Positions 27,112 to 36,759 of a stretch of DNA of 64,000 nucleotides are shown here, piece by piece. The DNA comes from Escherichia phage vB_EcoM_JS09, in the sequence record NC_024124.2; one strand, 5' to 3'. The stretch's first letter is position 1, and every line of letters begins with the position of its first letter. Both the position numbers and the translations under genes were made by a program. The notes below the pieces were generated by a model. That model was not told the DNA's origin and searched no databases. It saw nothing but the letters and a program-made list of their open reading frames with translations.

Positions 27112-27113
27112 TA

Positions 27114-27526
27114 TGAATATTTCTGAAACTCGCGGTAAATGGTTCAAGATTGTTAAAGAAGACGAAGAACTCCAAGATAAGTTTCCTGAATTAAAGAAAG
27201 ATACGATCATCAAGGTAATTGGTACTACTACCGAAGATGGTTATGGCGACCATGGCATTATCGAAGTGATGTTGAACACAGGTGAGAAACTTTGCATCTA
27301 TGACCGTGATACTTCTCTTTGGTGCTTCTGGGAATCCCATTCAATAGATGAACTCGAAGAAATTGACCAAGTAGTTTGTGATGGTGGACTTGGCGAATTC
27401 GAAGGTGAACGTATTTCTTATGCTTTAGCTAAATTAGCCGCCCAAGAAAATAATGACGGTTATGAAGGTAATCTGATGCAAGCCGCAGCGGAATACATTG
27501 AATATTTAGAAAGACGTTTAAGTTAA
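27114..27526 (+). CDS. hypothetical acidic protein (137 aa)
   Basis: ORF track frame 26975 trimmed to ATG at 27114 to remove overlap with the upstream gene. Confidence 0.5.
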
Positions 27527-27535
27527 GGGCTTATT

Positions 27536-27715
27536 ATGAAAACTGCATTATTTTTTGGCGAAAGAACAAACGGTCAAAAATCTTGGAAATTTGTTATAAT
27601 TGGTGCTCCAAACAATCCGAACATGAGGACTTCAATCATTTCGGTAACACGTCCTACTAAAAGAATGATTCGCCAATACAAACGTTTCCATCGTGACTTT
27701 TATAACATTTATTAA
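27536..27715 (+). CDS. small basic protein, RPTKRQ-motif family (59 aa)
   Basis: Not in ORF track; C-terminus TRPTKRMIRQYKRFHRDFY is paralogous to 26941 and 55512. Confidence 0.45.
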   Translation: MKTALFFGERTNGQKSWKFVIIGAPNNPNMRTSIISVTRPTKRMIRQYKRFHRDFYNIY

Positions 27716-27717
27716 AT

Positions 27718-27725
27718 TATAAATA
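27718..27725 (+). promoter_or_regulatory. T4-type late promoter box TATAAATA
   Basis: Exact TATAAATA 29 nt upstream of gene 49; T4 gene 49 is known to have late expression. Confidence 0.5.
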
Positions 27726-27753
27726 CCCTTATCTAATATGGTAAGGGTTTATT

Positions 27754-28227
27754 ATGTTATTATCTGGCAAATTATACAAAGAAGAAAAACAAAAATTTTA
27801 TGATGCACAGAATGGTAAGTGTCCTATTTGCCACCGTGAATTAGACCCTGATGTTCAAGGTAACCATCTTGACCACGACCATGAATTAAACGGGCCAAAA
27901 GCCGGTAGAGTTCGTGGATTACTCTGTAATCTGTGCAACGCAGCAGAAGGCCAAATGAAGCATAAGTTCAACCGTTCCGGTCTTAAAGGACGTGATGTCG
28001 ACTACCTCGAATGGCTTGAAGCTCTTCTTGCTTATTTGAAACAAGATTATTCTGATAATAATATCCATCCTAATTTTGTTCCAGACAAAACTAAAGAGTT
28101 CTCAAGACTAGGTAAAGAGGAAATGATGGCTGAGATGCTTCAAAGAGGATTTGAATATAATGAATCTGATACCAAAACACAATTAATAGCTTCATTCAAA
28201 AAGCAGCTTAGAAAGAGTTTAAAATGA
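27754..28227 (+). CDS. 49: endonuclease VII, Holliday junction resolvase
   Basis: MLLSGKLYKEEKQKFYDAQNGKCPIC...HLDHDHELNGPKAGRVRGLLCNLCN near-identical to T4 gp49 as recalled. Confidence 0.95.
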   Translation: MLLSGKLYKEEKQKFYDAQNGKCPICHRELDPDVQGNHLDHDHELNGPKAGRVRGLLCNLCNAAEGQMKHKFNRSGLKGRDVDYLEWLEALLAYLKQDYSDNNIHPNFVPDKTKEFSRLGKEEMMAEMLQRGFEYNESDTKTQLIASFKKQLRKSLK

Positions 28228-30041
28228 AAATTGAAAAAGAAATTGAAGGATTAATTCATAAAACTAATAAAGATCTTTTGAACGAGAATGCTAATAAAGA
28301 TTCTCGTGTTTTTCCAACTCAACGGGACCTTATGGCTGGTATTGTGTCTAAGCACATTGCCAAAAATATGGTCCCGTCTTTTATTATGAAAGCACATGAA
28401 AGCGGAATTATCCATTTCCATGATATTGATTATTCCCCTGCTCTTCCATTTACTAATTGCTGTTTAGTAGATTTAAAAGGAATGCTTGAAAACGGGTTTA
28501 AGCTAGGTAATGCTCAAATTGAAACGCCTAAATCGATTGGTGTTGCTACTGCAATTATGGCACAAATTACCGCACAGGTTGCTTCACATCAGTACGGCGG
28601 AACGACTTTTGCTAATGTAGATAAAGTACTTTCTCCTTATGTTAAACGCACCTATGCAAAACATATTGAGGATGCAGAAAAATGGCAAATCGCTGATGCG
28701 TTGAATTATGCCCAATCTAAAACAGAAAAAGACGTATACGATGCATTTCAAGCTTATGAGTATGAAGTAAATACTCTTTTTAGCTCAAACGGTCAAACGC
28801 CTTTTGTAACAATTACATTTGGTACTGGAACTGACTGGACTGAACGAATTATTCAGAAAGCAATTCTTAAAAACCGCATTAAAGGCCTTGGTCGTGATGG
28901 AATAACTCCTATTTTCCCTAAACTTGTTATGTTCATTGAAGAGGGTGTCAATCTTTATAAAGACGACCCGAACTATGATATTAAGCAGCTTGCTCTAGAG
29001 TGTGCAAGCAAAAGAATGTATCCTGATATTATTTCAGTTAAGAACAATAAAGCTATCACTGGTTCATCTATTCCTGTTTCTCCAATGGGTTGTCGTAGTT
29101 TCTTGAGTGTATGGAAAGATTCGACTGGAAATGAAATTCTTGATGGACGTAATAATCTTGGTGTTGTAACACTGAATCTTCCTCGTATTGCGTTAGATTC
29201 TTATATTGGAACACAATTCAATGAACAGAAATTTGTTGAGCTATTTAATGAACGAATGGATCTGTGTTTTGAAGCCTTGATGTGTAGAATTAGTTCTTTA
29301 AAGGGTGTTAAAGCAACTGTTGCTCCTATTCTTTACCAAGAAGGTGCATTCGGGGTTCGTCTTAAACCTGATGACGATATAATTGAGTTATTTAAAAACG
29401 GTAGAAGTTCAGTGTCCTTAGGATACATTGGTATTCACGAATTGAATATTCTTGTCGGTCGTGATATTGGACAAGAAATTTTAACTAAAATGAATGCTCA
29501 TCTTAAGCAGTGGACTGAAAGAACCGGTTTTGCTTTTAGCTTGTATTCTACTCCTGCTGAAAACCTGTGCTATCGCTTCTGTAAACTTGATACCGAGAAA
29601 TATGGAAGTGTAAAAGATGTTACTGATAAAGGCTGGTACACTAATAGTTTCCATGTTTCAGTAGAAGAAAATATCACTCCGTTTGAAAAGATTTCTCGCG
29701 AAGCCCCATATCATTTCATTGCGACTGGCGGACATATTTCTTATGTTGAACTTCCTGATATGAAAAATAACCTAAAAGGTCTTGAGGCTGTATGGGATTA
29801 TGCTGCACAACATTTAGATTATTTTGGTGTTAATATGCCAGTAGATAAATGTTTTACATGTGGAAGTACTCATGAAATGACTCCTACTGAAACCGGATTT
29901 GTTTGTTCTATTTGTGGAGAAACTGACCCTAAAAAGATGAACACCATAAGAAGAACATGCGGTTATCTTGGAAATCCTAACGAACGCGGATTTAATCTCG
30001 GCAAAAATAAAGAAATCATGCATAGGGTTAAACACCAATGA
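28224..30041 (+). CDS. nrdD: anaerobic (class III) ribonucleotide reductase
   Basis: 605 aa with C-terminal glycyl-radical motif RRTCGYLGNP and Cys-rich zinc site; single uninterrupted ORF. Confidence 0.95.
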   Translation: MKIEKEIEGLIHKTNKDLLNENANKDSRVFPTQRDLMAGIVSKHIAKNMVPSFIMKAHESGIIHFHDIDYSPALPFTNCCLVDLKGMLENGFKLGNAQIETPKSIGVATAIMAQITAQVASHQYGGTTFANVDKVLSPYVKRTYAKHIEDAEKWQIADALNYAQSKTEKDVYDAFQAYEYEVNTLFSSNGQTPFVTITFGTGTDWTERIIQKAILKNRIKGLGRDGITPIFPKLVMFIEEGVNLYKDDPNYDIKQLALECASKRMYPDIISVKNNKAITGSSIPVSPMGCRSFLSVWKDSTGNEILDGRNNLGVVTLNLPRIALDSYIGTQFNEQKFVELFNERMDLCFEALMCRISSLKGVKATVAPILYQEGAFGVRLKPDDDIIELFKNGRSSVSLGYIGIHELNILVGRDIGQEILTKMNAHLKQWTERTGFAFSLYSTPAENLCYRFCKLDTEKYGSVKDVTDKGWYTNSFHVSVEENITPFEKISREAPYHFIATGGHISYVELPDMKNNLKGLEAVWDYAAQHLDYFGVNMPVDKCFTCGSTHEMTPTETGFVCSICGETDPKKMNTIRRTCGYLGNPNERGFNLGKNKEIMHRVKHQ

Positions 30042-30508
30042 ATTATGATAGATTTTATCCTTGCGATTTTGTGAATGGCCCTGGTTGCAGGGTCGTTCTT
30101 TTCGTTACAGGTTGTTTGCATAAATGCGAAGGGTGTTATAATAAATCAACATGGAACGCTAGAAATGGTATTCCATTCACGGGTGAAACACTAGAGCAAT
30201 TAATTGAATGTTTGAATAATGATTATATAGAAGGATTAACTATAACTGGAGGAGACCCTCTCTATCCCGATAACAGAGATGTTGTTCATTGCATTGCTCA
30301 AACAGTAAAAAATCTTTATCCCAATAAAAGCATTTGGTTGTGGACAGGATATAAGTTTGAAGATATTAAACAACTAGAAATGCTTAAATATGTTGATGTT
30401 ATTATTGATGGGAAGTATGAGAAAAATCTTCCGACTAAAAAGATGTGGCGAGGATCAGATAATCAGCGACTTTGGTCAAATACCGATGGGGTGTGGAAAC
30501 ATGATTAA
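30038..30508 (+). CDS. nrdG: anaerobic RNR activating enzyme (radical SAM)
   Basis: GCLHKCEGCYN radical-SAM Cys motif; ATGA overlap with nrdD. Confidence 0.9.
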   Translation: MNYDRFYPCDFVNGPGCRVVLFVTGCLHKCEGCYNKSTWNARNGIPFTGETLEQLIECLNNDYIEGLTITGGDPLYPDNRDVVHCIAQTVKNLYPNKSIWLWTGYKFEDIKQLEMLKYVDVIIDGKYEKNLPTKKMWRGSDNQRLWSNTDGVWKHD

Positions 30509-30618
30509 ATTGAATTACATTATGGATACTATAAATGATATGATTTTTCGTTTTGGTCCAGAATTTTATTCGCAGTATAGTTTGGTGTTTATCAATGCTT
30601 AGTTAATTAAGGGTAAAT

Positions 30619-30834
30619 ATGTATAAATTTCGTAAAGGTTTAGCTGATTTTCTTACAACTGTAACGTTCTTTTTGTTTATGGCAGTTGGAGCTATTTTTC
30701 TTATTCCTTTTACTGTTGTATTTTTCTTGATTAGTTTAATTTCTCCGGAAAAGGGTTTATCCTCCAGCGAATTCAATGAACGTTTGGACAAAATTACTAA
30801 TAAACTGAATTCTGTTCTTGATAAAAAGGCTTAA
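30619..30834 (+). CDS. small membrane protein (71 aa)
   Basis: ORF track; two hydrophobic helices. Confidence 0.55.
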   Translation: MYKFRKGLADFLTTVTFFLFMAVGAIFLIPFTVVFFLISLISPEKGLSSSEFNERLDKITNKLNSVLDKKA

Positions 30835-30836
30835 TT

Positions 30837-31154
30837 ATGATTAGTTTTGAGCGGTATGTGGTAGAGAGTTGGAAAGGTTTTGATATGTTCGGTAATGACT
30901 ATTATTTTTACGAATGTAATCTAAATCCTAGTTTTTGGGCTGGACGTGAACGAGATCTCGAAGAAATTAATGCTCGTGCCGAATTGTTAGGTGAACTGCC
31001 TACGGTTTATTTTACCTTTGATGAATCTGGATTTGTTATCCAGGTTTATTTTCCTGAAGAAAACTCTGGTGAGGATTCTGTTAATCCTCCTTATTGGGCT
31101 TACCAAGGAATTATTTCTCGTGGAACAAAACTCGAACTTAAAGAACAAGATTGA
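30837..31154 (+). CDS. hypothetical protein (105 aa)
   Basis: ORF track; AAGG upstream. Confidence 0.55.
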   Translation: MISFERYVVESWKGFDMFGNDYYFYECNLNPSFWAGRERDLEEINARAELLGELPTVYFTFDESGFVIQVYFPEENSGEDSVNPPYWAYQGIISRGTKLELKEQD

Positions 31155-31443
31155 AATTTATGGCATCCCTGAAGAAGTAGGACGTTGTCCAGGATGTTAT
31201 ACTGTTACAAAACTTTTAAAGGAGCTCAATGCTCCTTATACATTTTATAAAGTCCTCACTAATAATGGTAAGATTGAATACGACCGTCCTTTAATCGTAT
31301 CTCTTGCTAAACGTGCAGGATTCACTTCACTTAATATTCGTTATCCTGTCATATTTTTAAATGATAAGAAACAAAAGAATATTGCAGAGTTTAAAAAGTC
31401 CTTGATTTCATTAGGATACGACTCTGATATCATAGAAGATTGA
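31120..31443 (+). CDS. nrdH: glutaredoxin-like protein (NrdH-like), start uncertain
   Basis: IEIYGIPEEVGRCPGCYTVTKLL has a glutaredoxin-type CxxC; no in-frame ATG without large overlap, so a GTG at 31120 is proposed (ATT at 31150 is an alternative). Confidence 0.5.
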   Translation: MEQNSNLKNKIEIYGIPEEVGRCPGCYTVTKLLKELNAPYTFYKVLTNNGKIEYDRPLIVSLAKRAGFTSLNIRYPVIFLNDKKQKNIAEFKKSLISLGYDSDIIED

Positions 31444-31466
31444 CCAGGTGCCGCCTGGTCTTCTTT
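31442..31466 (+). terminator. intrinsic terminator
   Basis: GACCAGG-TGCCG-CCTGGTC followed by TTCTTT. Confidence 0.6.
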
Positions 31467-31608
31467 ATCTCATTTCTAATATAATCCATTGGAATCTTCA
31501 CTTCACTATCTCCTTGTGCCCCTCTCAAATCGAAAATATTTTCATAAAACAGTTTACATCCTCAATAGATGTGTTAAGATTAAACCATCTACTATAGAGG
31601 AAAATAAA

Positions 31609-31791
31609 ATGACAATTGAAGATAAAGAAATTAAGGTCGACCAGTACTATTCTGTCAACGGTAATGCAGTACAGATAACCAGAGTTTCAAGCCTGGATGT
31701 TTGGTACCGTTCAATCAAATATCCAGAAATTGGTGAAATGCTTTGTGACCGTGGTATCTTCTGTTCAATTGCGAAGGAAATTAAGCCATGA
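31609..31791 (+). CDS. hypothetical protein (60 aa)
   Basis: ORF track frame trimmed to ATG at 31609 after GAGGAAAA. Confidence 0.5.
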   Translation: MTIEDKEIKVDQYYSVNGNAVQITRVSSLDVWYRSIKYPEIGEMLCDRGIFCSIAKEIKP

Positions 31792-32036
31792 TTAGTTTAG
31801 ATTCAAAGAAAGTTGTTCTAACCCTTAAAGTTAATGATGAGCGTCCAGTATTCGTTACCATTTCCGATTTGCATGTTGAAATTGCTAATGGCGTCCATAC
31901 TTATCAAACGTCTAAAACACATTGGGACTATATCCCAATGTTGACGCTTACTCAGCGTTTAGAATCAATCGGTCTTAAAGACCTTTCAGTAAGTGAAGTG
32001 AATTTTATCAAACGCATTGTATCAATCAACCTCTGA
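31788..32036 (+). CDS. hypothetical protein (82 aa)
   Basis: ORF track; ATGA overlap. Confidence 0.5.
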   Translation: MISLDSKKVVLTLKVNDERPVFVTISDLHVEIANGVHTYQTSKTHWDYIPMLTLTQRLESIGLKDLSVSEVNFIKRIVSINL

Positions 32037-32043
32037 GGTACTT

Positions 32044-32337
32044 ATGGGTAAAACGTATCGTCGTAAAGATTTGAAAGTTCGTGATTACGACTATTTTGGT
32101 AAACGTAAAGCTCCTGACGGTGTTAGCCACAAAGACATGGTTGAAAACATTTTCCGCTCAGATAAATGGAAACGTATGAAAGGCGTTGATTCCGAAGTCA
32201 AGAACGAAATGAATCGACAACTTCGCAAAGAAGTTCGTAAGTTGAAAAAAGATGTTTACAGTAAAGAAGATTATGATTATAATACTTCTCATACTGAAGC
32301 CAAACGTAAAGCTAACGAATGTTATCGTTACAGTTGA
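32044..32337 (+). CDS. hypothetical basic protein (97 aa)
   Basis: ORF track trimmed to ATG at 32044 after GAGG. Confidence 0.55.
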   Translation: MGKTYRRKDLKVRDYDYFGKRKAPDGVSHKDMVENIFRSDKWKRMKGVDSEVKNEMNRQLRKEVRKLKKDVYSKEDYDYNTSHTEAKRKANECYRYS

Positions 32338-32344
32338 GGAAATT

Positions 32345-32479
32345 ATGAATATCAAACGAATGCTTTTTAAGCAGGGATTATATACTTTAAATGTTAATCC
32401 AAAGGGTGATACAACTAAATGGTCTGTAAATGACTGGATTAAGTTCATCGATGAAAATGGGACGTGGAACACAAAATGA
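32345..32479 (+). CDS. hypothetical small protein (44 aa)
   Basis: ORF track frame trimmed to ATG at 32345 after GAGGAAA. Confidence 0.4.
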   Translation: MNIKRMLFKQGLYTLNVNPKGDTTKWSVNDWIKFIDENGTWNTK

Positions 32480-32676
32480 ATCCTGAAAATATTGTGTCAT
32501 GGCAACTTCGTGAAGAACGTGCCGAATTCTTTGCCAATATGAAACTCAACGGCGTTGAGGACGAAGACTTTTTACGTTGGTTCTGGATTTACAAATACAA
32601 AGAATGCCAGCACGCTGTACTACTGACTTGTGCAGCTATGTATGAAGGCTGGAAAGGCGCTAAAAAGTTCGGTTAA
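32476..32676 (+). CDS. hypothetical protein (66 aa)
   Basis: ORF track trimmed to ATG at 32476 (ATGA overlap). Confidence 0.5.
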   Translation: MNPENIVSWQLREERAEFFANMKLNGVEDEDFLRWFWIYKYKECQHAVLLTCAAMYEGWKGAKKFG

Positions 32677-32739
32677 TAATGTACAACGATAGGAAGACGT
32701 GTTATTATCTTCCTATCGTCTTAAAATGAGGAAAATATC

Positions 32740-32979
32740 ATGGAACAAGAATTAGACGTTATTACATCGAAAAAACGTCTTGAAGTCGTAGTGAATGGCT
32801 CAACTATTAAGTTTGTATATGACACTTTAACTGATGCTATTACCGTTAGTTGTGGCGGAAAGGCTTTTAGTCTAGATTCTACTGAAAACAAATACCCGTT
32901 CTATAAAGGTATCTTTGATATGGGTGTTGATATCAGTGTTCGTCAAGCAAACTATTTACATTATCTTATCACGAAATAA
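32740..32979 (+). CDS. hypothetical protein (79 aa)
   Basis: ORF track; GAGGAAAA upstream. Confidence 0.55.
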   Translation: MEQELDVITSKKRLEVVVNGSTIKFVYDTLTDAITVSCGGKAFSLDSTENKYPFYKGIFDMGVDISVRQANYLHYLITK

Positions 32980-33045
32980 TGCATAAACTCTTGGGAGCAG
33001 AGTATAATGCTCTCATTGGATAATAAAATAACCGAGGAAAATAAT

Positions 33046-33378
33046 ATGTCTACTAAAATCAAAAACGTAGTTAATTCTTTCGCTTTCGATAAAGTTGTTG
33101 CTCTTCTGGAATCTGGCAATATTGTTACTCCTCAAGTTCTTGACGCGTGGGAATTCCGTCTTTATGAAATCATGCAAAAACACGATCAGAAAATTGGACG
33201 TAATTCTATTCGTGAAATTCTAGTACAATATATTCTTTCTGAATTTGACGTTGCTGCATTTGGTGTTGAATCTAAAGCTTATCAGAAACATGAAATCTCT
33301 GAAAAGACTATCCGTCGTATGAAAAATCAACGTAAGAAAAAATTCGTTGACCTGAAAATTGTTAAGGCGGTAAAATGA
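33046..33378 (+). CDS. hypothetical protein (110 aa)
   Basis: ORF track trimmed to ATG at 33046 after GAGGAAAA. Confidence 0.55.
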   Translation: MSTKIKNVVNSFAFDKVVALLESGNIVTPQVLDAWEFRLYEIMQKHDQKIGRNSIREILVQYILSEFDVAAFGVESKAYQKHEISEKTIRRMKNQRKKKFVDLKIVKAVK

Positions 33379-33602
33379 GCGTATTAACAGAAACTTTGAT
33401 TAATGACCTGCGTTTAGCTGGTTACGAAGTTGGTACAAATAGCCTAGGTCTTTCTCAGATTGAAGGGCTTGGATTTATCCTAGAATATGAATTCAAACAA
33501 TGGTGGCTATATGCTACGGCTGACGATGCGTTGAATATTGATTTCGTTGACCAATTTGATTCGCTGGATGCTGCTCTTGAAGCAGCAAAGGAACTAGAAT
33601 GA
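33375..33602 (+). CDS. hypothetical acidic protein (75 aa)
   Basis: ORF track; ATGA overlap. Confidence 0.5.
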   Translation: MSVLTETLINDLRLAGYEVGTNSLGLSQIEGLGFILEYEFKQWWLYATADDALNIDFVDQFDSLDAALEAAKELE

Positions 33603-33868
33603 AATTAACTCGAATCAGTATAACTGAAGAAAAGCTGGGCGAATTTTATGTTGACGAATACATGAAAGTCACGTATTTTCCATTCGTTAAAGGTGTTGGT
33701 TTTTGGGAAACTCATGTGTCTCAATTAAACGAAGGCGACTATAACGAAACACATGAGAACTTTTTAGATTTTCTTTATAATGCCGGTCTTACTGAGCTTT
33801 ATATCGATATCCATGAGTTCAAACGTTTAATGGAAAAAGTGTTTCAGGCTTATTGTTTGCTCCGATAG
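33599..33868 (+). CDS. hypothetical protein (89 aa)
   Basis: ORF track; ATGA overlap. Confidence 0.5.
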   Translation: MKLTRISITEEKLGEFYVDEYMKVTYFPFVKGVGFWETHVSQLNEGDYNETHENFLDFLYNAGLTELYIDIHEFKRLMEKVFQAYCLLR

Positions 33869-33940
33869 TATCTCGTGCTTTAAGATAGGTCTCTAAATAT
33901 TATGATATAATAGACCTATGAATTGAGCTAAGAGGTACTT

Positions 33941-34498
33941 ATGACTGAACAAAAACCTAAAAATAACTATGTGAATAATAAAGAGCTTCTCGCCGCTATA
34001 ATCGAGTGGAAAAAGGAGCTCTTAAATAATAAAGACCCAAACAAAATTATTCGTCAGAATGATACCATCGGTTTAGCAATTATGCTTATCGCCGAAGGCC
34101 TGTCCAAACGTTTCAACTTTTCAGGATATACCCAGTCTTGGAAGCAGGAGATGATTGCAGATGGGATTGAAGCCTCTATTAAGGGACTTCATAATTTCGA
34201 CGAAACTAAGTACAATAACCCACATGCATACATAACTCGAGCTTGTTTTAATGCTTTTGTCCAACGTATCAAAAAAGAACGTAAGGAAGTTGCAAAGAAA
34301 TATAGTTACTTCGTTCATAATGTCTACGACAGTCATGACGATGATATGGTAGCGTTGGTAGATGAAACGTTTATTCAAGACATCTACGATAAAATGACGC
34401 ATTATGAAGAATCCGCTTATAAAGCTCCTGGGGCTGAAAAGAAGGAAGTTGTTAGCGATTCGCCTAGTTTGGATTTTTTATATGAGGATGACAATTGA
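33941..34498 (+). CDS. 55: late-transcription sigma factor gp55
   Basis: ...[78 protein letters not shown]... near-identical to T4 gp55 as recalled. Confidence 0.95.
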   Translation: MTEQKPKNNYVNNKELLAAIIEWKKELLNNKDPNKIIRQNDTIGLAIMLIAEGLSKRFNFSGYTQSWKQEMIADGIEASIKGLHNFDETKYNNPHAYITRACFNAFVQRIKKERKEVAKKYSYFVHNVYDSHDDDMVALVDETFIQDIYDKMTHYEESAYKAPGAEKKEVVSDSPSLDFLYEDDN

Positions 34499-34697
34499 CA
34501 TCTCTAACTACTTAGAAGAACCTTTTGACGAAGCAATCCCTTATTTGGTAAAACTGTTGGGTCGTGAATTTAAAATTAATTTTGACATCGACCCTTTGAA
34601 CCCACATGACGTGTCATTTTCGATAAATGGGACTCCGGTTGAGTATGAGTTCTGTATTGAAGAGGATGGACGTTTTTATTTTAATTTAATGAGATAA
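34482..34697 (+). CDS. hypothetical protein (71 aa)
   Basis: ORF track trimmed to ATG at 34482 (ATG at 34488 is an alternative). Confidence 0.45.
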   Translation: MRMTIDISNYLEEPFDEAIPYLVKLLGREFKINFDIDPLNPHDVSFSINGTPVEYEFCIEEDGRFYFNLMR

Positions 34698-34698
34698 T

Positions 34699-35022
34699 AT
34701 GACTACCGAGATTATTGAAAATAAAGAAGCAGAAGATGCAGTAGCTAAAATGCTACAAGAAATCCAAAAGAAAAATGAAGCTGAAGCACGTAAAAAATCC
34801 GAAAAGATTCTTAAAAAGAATCGTTTTGAACTAAACCGTCTTTATGCTCATGCTCAAGAAGCAGCAATTCAAAACAACTTCGAAGCTTACGAATATGCTA
34901 TTAAGAAATCTCGGGATATTCTACGACAACCATACAATGACAAGTTAATTAAAATCCAGTGGGTTACTACTCGTCAGGCTATTGAGGACATCATTAATGG
35001 CGCTAGTTCAAACAAAGTTTAA
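34699..35022 (+). CDS. hypothetical protein (107 aa)
   Basis: ORF track. Confidence 0.55.
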   Translation: MTTEIIENKEAEDAVAKMLQEIQKKNEAEARKKSEKILKKNRFELNRLYAHAQEAAIQNNFEAYEYAIKKSRDILRQPYNDKLIKIQWVTTRQAIEDIINGASSNKV

Positions 35023-35203
35023 ACGTCTGAAGCTGAACGCAGGGTTCACCCTTAAATTGGGAGGTCCTCTTTGTGTTAAAATTTCTGAAAAGGAATATCA
35101 CGACGGTTCTATTACAGAAATTTGTCCGCCTATTGTAAAGGCAGACCCAAAACAACTCGTGTGGGTTGATTCATTTCAAGTTAAGAAATGGTGGAAACGA
35201 TGA
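34997..35203 (+). CDS. hypothetical protein (68 aa)
   Basis: ORF track frame trimmed to ATG at 34997; weak RBS. Confidence 0.4.
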   Translation: MALVQTKFKRLKLNAGFTLKLGGPLCVKISEKEYHDGSITEICPPIVKADPKQLVWVDSFQVKKWWKR

Positions 35204-35242
35204 GAGAAATCGATTTAGGTATTTTCTGAGAGGTGATTATGC

Positions 35243-35416
35243 ATGACGAACGACCCGACCTCTGAAAATTTCGATAAAATCCGTAAAGGCAAAGCAGAAA
35301 GAATGAGACGTTTTAAAGAGTCTTATGATAAAGCTAAAGCCGAAGGAACTATTACATACAAGCCCATTCGATTTAAAAGTTCAAATGAGCCTCTGTACGG
35401 TGTACTATGTGGATAG
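35243..35416 (+). CDS. hypothetical basic protein (57 aa)
   Basis: Not in ORF track; GAGGTGA upstream; ends just before a terminator. Confidence 0.4.
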   Translation: MTNDPTSENFDKIRKGKAERMRRFKESYDKAKAEGTITYKPIRFKSSNEPLYGVLCG

Positions 35417-35440
35417 GAACTCTTCGGAGTTCCTTTTTTG
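35417..35440 (+). terminator. intrinsic terminator with TTCG tetraloop
   Basis: GGAACTC-TTCG-GAGTTCC followed by TTTTTT. Confidence 0.75.
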
Positions 35441-35485
35441 CTTTATAAACGGATGATAGAATGAATTAACTAATGAGGAAATAAT

Positions 35486-36505
35486 ATGAAAATTTTAAAT
35501 TTAGGTGATTGGCATTTAGGTGTTAAAGCCGATGATGAGTGGGTTCAATCCATTCAGTTGGATGGAATTAAACAAGCAATAGAATATTCTAAGAAAAACG
35601 GAATTACTACATGGATTCAATATGGCGATATTTTTGATGTGCGAAAAGCAATCACACATAAAACTATGGAATTCGCCCGTGAAATAGTTCAAATGCTTGA
35701 TGATGCTGGTATTACACTACATACCGTTGTAGGAAACCATGATATGCACTTTAAAAATACTTTAACTCCAAATGCTTCTACTGAGCTTTTGGCTAAATAT
35801 CCTAATGTTAAAGTATATGATAAGCCTACTACAGTAGATTTTGACGGATGTTTGATTGATTTAATTCCTTGGATGTGCGAAGAAAATACAGGTGAAATCT
35901 TAGAGCACATCAAGACTTCTTCTGCCGCTTATTGTGTTGGGCACTGGGAACTGAATGGCTTTTATTTCTATAAAGGAATGAAGTCTCATGGGCTTGAACC
36001 TGATTTCTTAAAGACCTATAAACAAGTCTGGTCCGGCCACTTCCACACAATCTCTGAAGCTGCTAACGTCAAATATATTGGGACACCATGGACCCTTACT
36101 GCAGGCGATGAGAACGACCCGCGCGGATTCTGGGTATTTGACACTGATGTTGAACGTATGGAATTTATTCCTAATGAAACAACATGGCATCGACGAATCA
36201 CTTATCCATTTAAAGGCAAAATCAATTATTCTGATTATACTAATTTAGCCGTACGTGTTATAGTATCAGAAATTGATTCAGAGTTGACTAAGTTTGAATC
36301 TGAACTTGAAAAAGTAGTTCACTCTCTTCGTATGGTTTCTAAAGTTGATAACAGTGTTGAATCTGATGACGACCAGGAAATCGAGATTAAATCACTTCAA
36401 GATATCATTAAAGAATATATTGACGCGATTCCAGATATCTCAGACGAAGACAGAGAAGCGCTGGTTAAATATTCCAACGAACTTTATATTGAGGCAACAC
36501 AATGA
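35486..36505 (+). CDS. 47: recombination endonuclease subunit gp47 (Mre11-like)
   Basis: N-terminal LGDWHLG and GNHD calcineurin-like phosphoesterase motifs; 339 aa; precedes the Rad50-like gene. Confidence 0.9.
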   Translation: MKILNLGDWHLGVKADDEWVQSIQLDGIKQAIEYSKKNGITTWIQYGDIFDVRKAITHKTMEFAREIVQMLDDAGITLHTVVGNHDMHFKNTLTPNASTELLAKYPNVKVYDKPTTVDFDGCLIDLIPWMCEENTGEILEHIKTSSAAYCVGHWELNGFYFYKGMKSHGLEPDFLKTYKQVWSGHFHTISEAANVKYIGTPWTLTAGDENDPRGFWVFDTDVERMEFIPNETTWHRRITYPFKGKINYSDYTNLAVRVIVSEIDSELTKFESELEKVVHSLRMVSKVDNSVESDDDQEIEIKSLQDIIKEYIDAIPDISDEDREALVKYSNELYIEATQ

Positions 36506-36759
36506 CTTTAGATGAATTTAACAATGCTGGGCTCGGGCTTGAAGTTGAAATGGACGTTAAAGATGATGATGGATTCGAGAACACTATCAAGTATTGGATT
36601 GAACCATTACGTGTTGAAGGCAATGAAGTTAAAGCTGTTCATGTTTGTACCGACTGGGCTATTGAATTTAGCTTTAATATAATGGACAACGATACTCCTG
36701 GCTCTATTCTTAAAATGGCTGAAGCGTGTATTGAGGATGCGTATAATGACGAAGACTGA
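36502..36759 (+). CDS. hypothetical acidic protein (85 aa)
   Basis: ORF track; ATGA overlap. Confidence 0.5.
   Translation: MTLDEFNNAGLGLEVEMDVKDDDGFENTIKYWIEPLRVEGNEVKAVHVCTDWAIEFSFNIMDNDTPGSILKMAEACIEDAYNDED

Noticed and set aside
26975-27113. Long N-terminal extensions given by the ORF track (26975..27526, 30991..31443, 11274..11927, 55467..55724, 60529..60840)
   Set aside because: The extensions overlap upstream genes in other frames and lack ribosome-binding sites; internal ATG (or GTG for the nrdH-like gene) starts were used instead.
33876-33910. MotA-dependent middle promoter upstream of gene 55 (TGCTTTA at 33876 with TATAAT at 33905)
   Set aside because: The two elements are about 22 nt apart, which does not fit the MotA-box to -10 distance as I remember it; left as an unassigned promoter-like sequence.
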